Source: a virus
Lineage: Duplodnaviria; Heunggongvirae; Uroviricota; Caudoviricetes
Virus record (IMG/VR): IMGVR_UViG_2671180814_000012
DNA: 5,746 bases
Reading direction: 5' to 3' (one strand)
The position numbers were made by a program, and so were the translations under genes. Below are positions 1 through 5,207 of this stretch, piece by piece (within the stretch, counting starts at the first letter, position 1; each line of letters starts with the position of its first letter). Below the pieces are notes generated by a model that had not been told where the DNA came from, searched no databases, and saw only the letters and a program-made list of their open reading frames with translations.

Positions 1-35
1 GCCAGCGGTAATTGAAGCCTGATAGCTAATTTCAC

Positions 36-323
36 TCACAGTACCGCCTCCTGAAAATCACCCTGATAGAAAGCCGGTACACGCTGTCGTTTGCGGGCGT
101 TTTGCCAGTCCTTACGAGCCTGTTCAGACGGGAATAACCCGTAGCCAGAGTTGTATACATCCCCACTGGCAACCAGCTCTCTGGCGAGAACGCTTATTAA
201 ATATCTTGTCGCCCCGGTTTTAGCTTCCAGTTGTCGTAACGTCTCGCGCCCACTCTGGCGTACGAGTTCAACAACCTGCCCCTTAATTTTTTCCCGCTCT
301 TCCTGTGTAAATACTTTTGCCAT
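36..323 (-). CDS. Hypothetical phage protein, about 95 aa, last gene of the minus-strand replication operon in this window
   Basis: Frame open from TTG at 338, but the first ATG (323) follows a G-rich stretch (GGGGG) and gives MAKVFTQEEREKIKGQ... The upstream gene's stop lies at 339-341, so the two are tightly packed. No motif I can name. Confidence 0.45.
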   Translation of the reverse strand: MAKVFTQEEREKIKGQVVELVRQSGRETLRQLEAKTGATRYLISVLARELVASGDVYNSGYGLFPSEQARKDWQNARKRQRVPAFYQGDFQEAVL

Positions 324-338
324 AAGCGCCCCCGGCAA

Positions 339-1064
339 TCACTTTTCCGACACAATACGACCGGAGGAATCGACAATCTGTCGAACAATATCCCGGTGCT
401 TGTTCAGCTCCCGCAACGCGGCGCAGACACGCTCCCACTTCTGGACATGACTTTTCGCCCGACGCAGTTCGCGGTTTGCCATATGCAGCGATGGTAAAAC
501 CAGGTCATCCGCTTGCGTTTCGGTGAACGATGGCAACGACTGCACAATGTCCGCCACAGTTTCTGTTTTAATTTCTTCCTGTGTTGCAGCTTCCTGTACC
601 GGTAACGCAACACCTGCTGGCTGAGGAAAGACTTTACCATCCGTTTCCGCTATGGATGCGGCTTTCGGCTCTGCCGGTAAATCAGCGCCCGGTATGCAGT
701 ACCGAAATTTACCGCCCTGATTCACGCGAATCAGACGCCCTTTGCTGATTGCCATGGCCAGCGATGAATTCGCCCGGCGGGAGGTAATCCCGAACATCAG
801 TGCCAGCTCATCCGCCGTTTGTGGGCCATGTTGTTCAATCGCCTCAGTCAGCATTTGCGCTGTCACTTTCGGTACCGGTGACACTGGTTCACTTTCACCA
901 GCCTGAATCAGCCACCACATCGAACCCTTGTTATCCGCTTCACCACGGCGCTTCAGTTTCCACAGTTCGTTGACCGCATCTTCACGGCTGATTCCAAGGC
1001 GGGACGCCACCACATGTGAAGAGGCTCTTTTCAGTGCTTTCAGTGCGTCAAATACAGTTTCCAT
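339..1064 (-). CDS. Hypothetical phage protein, about 241 aa, possibly a DNA-binding protein with an N-terminal winged-helix-like segment (recalls DUF1627/YdaW-type proteins found after prophage dnaC-like genes)
   Basis: Track ORF 339..1082 starts at TTG; the internal ATG at 1064 is preceded by GGAGGATG about 8 nt upstream, so 1064 is the likelier start ([11 protein letters not shown]...). Sits immediately downstream of the DnaC-like gene (stop at 1086). Family assignment is recall only. Confidence 0.5.
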   Translation of the reverse strand: METVFDALKALKRASSHVVASRLGISREDAVNELWKLKRRGEADNKGSMWWLIQAGESEPVSPVPKVTAQMLTEAIEQHGPQTADELALMFGITSRRANSSLAMAISKGRLIRVNQGGKFRYCIPGADLPAEPKAASIAETDGKVFPQPAGVALPVQEAATQEEIKTETVADIVQSLPSFTETQADDLVLPSLHMANRELRRAKSHVQKWERVCAALRELNKHRDIVRQIVDSSGRIVSEK

Positions 1065-1085
1065 TAAAACATCCTCCAACAAAAA

Positions 1086-1832
1086 TTACTTCACAACTCC
1101 CGGAAAGCTGACATTTGAACGCCAGCTATCCCAGTTAAACGTCACCCACCGACAACCGTTCATGGTCATGCGGTCCATAATCCTCTCACCAAGAAGCGTG
1201 CTCATTGCGGCATGATTCAGGTTTGTTAACATCCCGACACTGCACAGTGATGCTGTCCGGCGATCAATTATCTGGTGCAATACCACCTGCTCGTTTTTCG
1301 TCTCCCGCTGAATGCCTATTTCATCCAGGACCAGCAAATCAACCCCGCAAAGCTCCTGTAAAAATTTTTCACCGGATTTGCCGTTGTCGTAGCTGTCATG
1401 CAACACGCTCATGACATCAGACTCGGTGACGATAATCACGCTGCGCCCCTTCGCCATCAGCCGGTTACCCATCGCCGCTGCAAGGTGATTTTTCCCGGTG
1501 CCGGTTTTACCGCTGAACACAAAATTCGTGCACCCGGTCATCAGTTCGTCAGCTATGGATTTGGCCTGGCTCAGCGCGTATTTTTGCCCGTCGTTCTGCA
1601 CCTGATAATTCGCAAACGAGCATTTGCTGTGCAGAGGCTGGATGCCCGAACGATTCAGGATTTTTTCCACCCGCAACTGGCGATTCTGGCGGTTAATCTC
1701 CTCGCTGCGTTTTCGTCCTTCAGCAAGTTGCCATTCCCGCCACTCCTCCACCGTCCGGTACGGTGGAACCGCCCCCTGTGGTGCAAGTCTGTGAATACGT
1801 TCAAGAACCCCGGCTGCCGCAATGTTTTTCAT
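1086..1832 (-). CDS. dnaC: DnaC-like replicative helicase loader (AAA+ ATPase, IstB/DnaC family), phage replication protein P-position gene
   Basis: Walker A-like GKTGTGKNHLAAAMGN, which matches my recollection of the unusual GKN variant in E. coli DnaC. Walker B-like LLVLDEIG. Length 248 aa. Lies directly after the O-like gene (stop at 1839, start at 1832). The Rac equivalent would be ydaV. Confidence 0.85.
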   Translation of the reverse strand: MKNIAAAGVLERIHRLAPQGAVPPYRTVEEWREWQLAEGRKRSEEINRQNRQLRVEKILNRSGIQPLHSKCSFANYQVQNDGQKYALSQAKSIADELMTGCTNFVFSGKTGTGKNHLAAAMGNRLMAKGRSVIIVTESDVMSVLHDSYDNGKSGEKFLQELCGVDLLVLDEIGIQRETKNEQVVLHQIIDRRTASLCSVGMLTNLNHAAMSTLLGERIMDRMTMNGCRWVTFNWDSWRSNVSFPGVVK

Positions 1833-1838
1833 GCCACA

Positions 1839-2903
1839 TCACCCCCTGAATCCCGGCGGAATTTCGGTATCCGGTTCAGAAATATGATTCACACAACGCT
1901 GGTTGTTCGTGCCGCTTACCGGGAGCAACCAGGGGTTTTCAAAATTCCGGTCCGGCCCAAAAAACGTCGTCGCTCGCTGAACAAATTCCGTTCCCGCTTT
2001 CCCGGTCGCCGCCAGGTATCTCGCGTAACGCCTCACACCATCCAGCATGGTCTCTGGTGGCACCCCCTCGCGCAATCTGGCCTTCCAGGCACTGAATGCG
2101 GATTTCTTCGGGTTTGCCCCGGCACGCAACGGGTATTCCCGCCAGACCTGTTCGAACACATCCGGATAATCCACTCGTCCCACAGGCTGCCCGGTGTTTT
2201 CCGGGGCTACCCGATCGGCTTCCCGCTGAATGGCGGAATCGGCTTCAGGCTGCTGCAGTTGGAGTGATTGCTCCGGCCTTGCGGTCATCACCTGCTGCAC
2301 AGCGCCCGAATCGGCTTTCAGCGCATACGCTGAATCGGCTTCCGGTGTCGAGCCTGCTGGCTGACCAGGATTGACGGTCTGAACATCCCCTGCCTGGTTC
2401 GTGGCGTTTTTTACGCCATGGACCATAGTGTTTTGATCTTCTTTATCTGTATCTTTATCTGTATCTGTCGTGACTCGTCGTGACATGTGCGTGACATTTC
2501 GTGACGCGCCGTGACAATCGCCATTTTGTTCCCGCTTTCTTTCCCTCTCTCGCTGCGCCCTCTTGCGCTCTGCAGGAGATTTTGCGGTTTGCGAAATATT
2601 GCCGTTGTCCTCTTTAAGCACCTGGCGTTTTTCCCATCCAGTGATTAAATCACCATCAAGTACCCGCCCCTGCATCGTCTGCAAAATTGAATCAATTACC
2701 TCTTCTGTCACGTCGAGCGCACTTGCCAAATCTTCTGTCGTGACATCAATGTGACCTCGCGTGACATTTCGTGACGCGCTCACCAGGAGGTGGATATACA
2801 CTGCCATCACTGTTGCAATTGGCTGCCCTGACACCCTGGCAATTGTTCGCCACTTAGGGTCATTTGGCATGTCATGCCATAATCTGAGCCAGGCGTTAGC
2901 CAT
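1839..2903 (-). CDS. Phage replication initiator (lambda O-like functional position) with internal origin iterons
   Basis: About 354 aa from ATG at 2903, preceded by GAGGTG about 5 nt upstream (track ORF begins at GTG 2909). Located between the CII-position gene and the DnaC-like gene. Contains two clusters of phased CGTGAC repeats, as lambda O contains ori. Basic and acidic low-complexity linker (RKRAQRERERKREQ, TDTDKDTDKED). Confidence 0.7.
   Translation of the reverse strand: MANAWLRLWHDMPNDPKWRTIARVSGQPIATVMAVYIHLLVSASRNVTRGHIDVTTEDLASALDVTEEVIDSILQTMQGRVLDGDLITGWEKRQVLKEDNGNISQTAKSPAERKRAQRERERKREQNGDCHGASRNVTHMSRRVTTDTDKDTDKEDQNTMVHGVKNATNQAGDVQTVNPGQPAGSTPEADSAYALKADSGAVQQVMTARPEQSLQLQQPEADSAIQREADRVAPENTGQPVGRVDYPDVFEQVWREYPLRAGANPKKSAFSAWKARLREGVPPETMLDGVRRYARYLAATGKAGTEFVQRATTFFGPDRNFENPWLLPVSGTNNQRCVNHISEPDTEIPPGFRG
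2440..2463. repeat. Tandem 12-bp direct repeat tctttatctgta x2 (with a partial third copy tctgt), adjacent to iteron cluster 1
   Basis: Read directly: 2440-2451 and 2452-2463 are identical. Locally AT-richer than the surrounding gene. Encodes the acidic DKDTDKD stretch of the initiator on the minus strand. Confidence 0.8.
2469..2515. repeat. Iteron-like array 1: five CGTGAC copies phased at about 10-11 bp (candidate replication origin inside the initiator gene)
   Basis: CGTGAC begins at 2469, 2479, 2490, 2500 and 2510, roughly one helical turn apart. Lies in the middle (linker) region of the O-like CDS. Confidence 0.65.
2739..2779. repeat. Iteron-like array 2: four (C/T)GTGAC copies phased at about 10 bp, including a 21-bp exact duplicate of part of array 1
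   Basis: CGTGAC at 2739, 2760 and 2770, TGTGAC at 2750; an inverted copy TGTCACG at 2706-2712. gcgtgacatttcgtgacgcgc occurs at 2489-2509 and again at 2759-2779, exactly 270 bp apart. Confidence 0.6.
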
Positions 2904-2974
2904 ACTCACCTCTTCTGATACCGAATCTTTTTACTCACGAGTTGCCGGGAGCGATTCGATATGGCTATTGTCAG

Positions 2975-3400
2975 TCAATGTACTGCCACAGCATTTCCTG
3001 CCGGGCCACCACGGTTCATCTGATTGAAACCGGCGATTGCCACTGCGACAAAATCATCAGCGTCTCTCACCAGTCGTTCATGCGTCTCCACCAGTTCCCG
3101 AAAATAAGCTGAACTGTGGCTGCGCATTCGAGCCACCAGCGGAGGTGGCATTGCCCTTTCGATCGCAGGTAACAACGCCTGAATTTTTTCAACAGCGTCA
3201 GGGGTGTCTTTATCCAGCCAACGGAAAATCTTTTGGGTGTTGAGATAAAGCGTGTTGTGCTTGCTGTCGTTATGCAGAACCGGAAACGTCATTCCCAGTT
3301 CGAAATAAACCCTGGTTATTTCAGCTGCCGGAACTTTTTCACCGTCCGGATGCGCCCAGGCTTTCATCGCCATGCGGATGTGTTCATGCTTGATTTTCAT
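2975..3400 (-). CDS. ydaT: CII-position regulator, YdaT-like (proposed functional analogue of lambda CII in Rac/CP-933P-type prophages)
   Basis: 141 aa starting MKIKHEHI.... ATG at 3400 preceded by GGGGGTGA. Its start overlaps the stop of the upstream Cro-like gene (ATGA at 3397-3400). Position between cro-like and O-like genes. Family name is from recall of Rac YdaT (about 140 aa), not from a search. Confidence 0.6.
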   Translation of the reverse strand: MKIKHEHIRMAMKAWAHPDGEKVPAAEITRVYFELGMTFPVLHNDSKHNTLYLNTQKIFRWLDKDTPDAVEKIQALLPAIERAMPPPLVARMRSHSSAYFRELVETHERLVRDADDFVAVAIAGFNQMNRGGPAGNAVAVH

Positions 3401-3660
3401 GAATCACCCCCCGCCGATGGTTGTGTGTTAGCCTGAAACTCAGCAGGCAAGCCGTCAGTTGGGTTGGGGTAGGTTTTACTGTCAATCTCATGTGGGGTCA
3501 CCACCCATCCCGTTGCTTCACACCAACGTAATATTTTTTCTCCTGTAAGTTTTGCACGCCCCGTTATAACGTGGCTGACCATCCCTTGGGATGCGCCAAC
3601 AATCTCAGCAAATGAACTCTGGGTTATATGAAAATGATGCAAATATTCTCCAAGATTCAT
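3397..3660 (-). CDS. ydaS: Cro-like HTH transcriptional regulator (YdaS/Cro-CI family), first gene of the early-right-equivalent operon
   Basis: About 87 aa from ATG at 3660 (MNLGEYLHHF...), preceded by AGGGCGG; the track ORF extends to a TTG at 3687. Candidate HTH segment SFAEIVGASQGMVSHVITGRAKLTGEKILR. Divergent from the repressor gene across an operator-containing intergenic region. Confidence 0.65.
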   Translation of the reverse strand: MNLGEYLHHFHITQSSFAEIVGASQGMVSHVITGRAKLTGEKILRWCEATGWVVTPHEIDSKTYPNPTDGLPAEFQANTQPSAGGDS

Positions 3661-3696
3661 AATCCGCCCTATGTGATGTGTTACCAATGCATAATT

Positions 3697-3759
3697 AATA
3701 GCACTGTTATTTTTAAAAGTAAATAGTGATGCTATTTCAAAGTGATTAGCAATCTTATT
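3697..3759. promoter_or_regulatory. OR-like operator region: three 15-bp dyad-symmetric sites between the divergent repressor and cro-like genes (expected to overlap PR/PRM-type promoters)
   Basis: Sites at 3697-3711 (aatagcactgttatt), 3722-3736 (aatagtgatgctatt, near-perfect palindrome) and 3745-3759 (attagcaatcttatt, weakest). Centre-to-centre spacing is 25 and 23 bp. Half-site consensus AATAGY / GCTATT. A candidate minus-strand -35 TTGAAA sits at 3740-3735 with a poor -10; promoter hexamers are not confidently assignable. Confidence 0.6.
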
Positions 3760-3771
3760 AGAATTGGATGT

Positions 3772-4272
3772 ATGAAAAGAAAATCATTGTCAGACACCGA
3801 CCTCAACGCCGCCAGAAGACTGAAAGAAATCTGGATGGCAAAGAAATCTCAGTTGGGATTGACTCAGGAACGTGCGGCGGAAATTATGGGGTTTTCAACA
3901 CAAGGGGCGGTAAGTCACTACCTAAATGGTCAAACCCCACTAAACCTTGAGGCTGTTCTAAAGTTTGCTGGCTTACTGAAAGTTCCCCCTGAGTCAATCA
4001 GGCCAGACATGGTAGATTTGCTGCAAATTGCAAGGATGTATTGTCGAGAACCACAGCAAGATAACATAGTCGCATTACCAGCAGACACAGAACAAACAGA
4101 GGATGAACTACCGTTTGCCGTAGAGCCGATGGAACGAGATTTAATCCATACGTTCAGAGCTTTTCCGAAAGAAGATCAAGAACACATGCTTCAGGAGATG
4201 AAAGATAAAAAAGAATCAATGGATCGTACGGTTGCGCGGTGGTTAGCTGCACAAAAAGGCCGTCGCGCCTAA
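3772..4272 (+). CDS. paaR2: Prophage repressor with a lambda CI-like N-terminal HTH domain and a short acidic C-terminal region lacking a LexA/S24 peptidase domain (RacR/PaaR2-like)
   Basis: From ATG 3772 (MKRKSLSDTDLNAARRLKEIWMAKKSQLGLTQERAAEIMGFSTQGAVSHYLNGQ...), 166 aa. This aligns by eye with the lambda CI N-terminus (...[41 protein letters not shown]...). The track ORF starts at GTG 3742, which would run through operator site 3. No Ala-Gly cleavage site or Ser/Lys dyad context is recognisable. Symbol is recall-based and tentative. Confidence 0.75.
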   Translation: MKRKSLSDTDLNAARRLKEIWMAKKSQLGLTQERAAEIMGFSTQGAVSHYLNGQTPLNLEAVLKFAGLLKVPPESIRPDMVDLLQIARMYCREPQQDNIVALPADTEQTEDELPFAVEPMERDLIHTFRAFPKEDQEHMLQEMKDKKESMDRTVARWLAAQKGRRA

Positions 4273-4291
4273 ATCAGAGGAGATATGTAAA

Positions 4292-4486
4292 ATGAGTACA
4301 GTCCTTTCCCCAATGGTTTCAGAATTTGAGACAGTTGAGCAAGAAAATAGTTACAACGAATGGCTGCGGGCCAAAGTAGCAGCAAGCCTCGCGGATCCCC
4401 GCCCGGCGATTCCGCATGATGAGGTAATGGCGGAAATGGAACAAATTATTGCCCAAATTGCTGCTGCAACTCACAGAGGTGAATAA
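4292..4486 (+). CDS. paaA2: Small type II antitoxin partnered with ParE (PaaA-like, ParE-associated antitoxin)
   Basis: 64 aa (MSTVLSPMVSEFETVEQENSYNEWLRAKVAASLADPRPAIPHDEVMAEMEQIIAQ...). AGGAG 8 nt upstream of the ATG. Its stop overlaps the toxin start (TAATG at 4483-4488). Size and partner match my recollection of the roughly 63-aa PaaA2 antitoxin of E. coli O157; unverified. Confidence 0.65.
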   Translation: MSTVLSPMVSEFETVEQENSYNEWLRAKVAASLADPRPAIPHDEVMAEMEQIIAQIAAATHRGE

Positions 4487-4776
4487 TGTTACCCGTTTTA
4501 TGGCTACCATCTGCTCGTGATGATTTGCGCCAGATCGTAGCCTACATAGCTAAAGAAAATCCCGCGGCAGCACGCAGAATGAAAATTCGAATTGAAACAT
4601 CCGTTTTGCCGCTCACAGAGCATCCTTACCTGTATCCTCCAAGCGAGCGAGTTCTTGGTCTTCGTGAAATTGTAACTCATCCTAACTACATCATCCTTTA
4701 CCGAGTAACAGCATCAAGCATAGAAGTAGTAAATATTGTGCATTCTCGAAGACAGTATCCAGGCAAAAACAGTTAA
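4486..4776 (+). CDS. parE2: ParE/RelE-superfamily toxin (ParE-family type II toxin)
   Basis: 96 aa. ParE-like pattern: N-terminal LPVLWLPSARDDLRQIVAYIAKENPAAARR and C-terminal YRVTASSIEVVNIVHSRRQYP (ParE consensus ...I.I.RVLH.R.D-like). Overlaps the upstream antitoxin by one base. Followed by an intrinsic terminator. Confidence 0.8.
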   Translation: MLPVLWLPSARDDLRQIVAYIAKENPAAARRMKIRIETSVLPLTEHPYLYPPSERVLGLREIVTHPNYIILYRVTASSIEVVNIVHSRRQYPGKNS

Positions 4777-4792
4777 TTATTCCCGCCGACAG

Positions 4793-4818
4793 AACCACCT
4801 TAGGGTGGTTTTTTCTTG
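4793..4818 (+). terminator. Rho-independent terminator closing the repressor-antitoxin-toxin operon
   Basis: Stem aaccacc (4793-4799) pairs with ggtggtt (4804-4810), loop ttag, followed by tttttctt (4811-4818), 17 nt after the parE stop. Confidence 0.7.
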
Positions 4819-4832
4819 CCCCAACAAAAAAC

Positions 4833-4875
4833 AATAGCGATGCTATTTACATCAAAAAAATAATGATGCTATTGT
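4833..4875 (+). promoter_or_regulatory. OL-like operator pair carrying the same dyad motif as the OR region, overlapping a candidate PL-type promoter reading rightward
   Basis: aatagcgatgctatt at 4833-4847 is a perfect 6-3-6 palindrome; aataatgatgctatt at 4859-4873; spacing 26 bp. Candidate -35 TTTACA (4846-4851) and -10 TATTGT (4870-4875) with an 18-bp spacer, both overlapped by the operators. Confidence 0.55.
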
Positions 4876-5054
4876 TTCAGGCGTCAACCCACCCCGCCCC
4901 ACAGAATGCAGGGCAATACTTCGAGTTACCAGACAGTGGTCAGGGGTTAAGTAGCCAGCCCGAGGCGTAAGAACATGACGGCAGGGTTCAATCTTTAACT
5001 ATGCAGCAGGTTTTTTGTTCCGCCACCCCGGCGTTAAGGGGAAATGAGGTCAGC

Positions 5055-5207
5055 ATGGATACTATCGATCTTGGCAACAACGAATCTCTGGTGTGCGGCG
5101 TGTTCCCTAACCAGGATGGAACGTTTACCGCCATGACGTATACCAAAAGCAAAACGTTTAAAACCGAATCTGGCGCGCGTTGCTGGTTAGCCAGAAACAC
5201 TGACTGA
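5055..5207 (+). CDS. Small hypothetical early-left protein, about 50 aa
   Basis: ATG at 5055 preceded by GAGG 5 nt upstream (MDTIDLGNNESLVCGVFPNQDGTFTAMTYTKSKTFKTESGARCWLARNTD). The track ORF begins earlier at 5001 without a convincing RBS. Stop overlaps the next ORF's ATG (TGATG at 5205-5209). Confidence 0.4.
   Translation: MDTIDLGNNESLVCGVFPNQDGTFTAMTYTKSKTFKTESGARCWLARNTD

Noticed and set aside
151-1215. ORFs 151..450 (+), 197..388 (-), 404..640 (-) and 928..1215 (+)
   Set aside because: Overlap, in other frames or antisense, the two better-supported minus-strand genes at 36..323 and 339..1064; compositionally biased translations.
1205-1414. 69-aa plus-strand ORF
   Set aside because: Antisense within the DnaC-like gene; no RBS or motif.
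1398-2267. 289-aa plus-strand ORF
   Set aside because: Lies antisense across the DnaC-like and O-like genes, which have clear motifs and operon context. Translation is Arg/Pro/Gly-rich and low-complexity, typical of a GC-rich antisense frame; no RBS.
2440-2779. Possible CRISPR array suggested by short direct repeats
   Set aside because: Repeat units are 6-21 bp with about 10-bp phasing, inside a coding sequence, with no regular 25-40 bp spacers; this is an iteron/origin pattern, not CRISPR.
2904-2974. Possible terminator between the CII-position gene and the initiator gene (tR1-like)
   Set aside because: Only a weak 6-bp inverted repeat (cgaatc / gattcg) separated by 25 nt, with no T-tract on the transcribed strand; insufficient for an intrinsic terminator call.
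2096-3027. Plus-strand ORFs 2096..2374, 2563..2754 and 2761..3027
   Set aside because: All are antisense to the O-like initiator gene (the last also overlaps the CII-like gene end). Ser/Pro-rich translations with no start context; taken as frame artefacts.
3037-3436. Plus-strand ORFs 3037..3243 and 3233..3436
   Set aside because: Antisense to the CII-position gene, which has a strong RBS and a coupled start; no independent support.
3742-3771. GTG start at 3742 extending the repressor by 10 codons (MISNLIRIGC)
   Set aside because: The extension would be translated through operator site 3 and has no RBS. The ATG at 3772 begins a sequence that aligns with the lambda CI N-terminus, so it is preferred.
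3768-3950. 60-aa plus-strand ORF in an alternative frame
   Set aside because: Entirely inside the repressor gene in a different frame; the repressor frame has clear HTH homology.
4319-4510. 63-aa minus-strand ORF
   Set aside because: Antisense to the antitoxin/toxin junction; the plus-strand pair has RBS, overlap and family features.
4876-5054. Lambda-type nutL (boxA CGCTCTTA plus boxB hairpin)
   Set aside because: I could not find a boxA-like sequence or a boxB-type stem-loop with a purine-rich loop; only a weak 4-bp hairpin is present.
4988-5200. 70-aa minus-strand ORF
   Set aside because: Antisense to the small early-left ORF and its leader; would be transcribed into the PL-like promoter with no promoter or RBS of its own. 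Kept only as a low-probability alternative.
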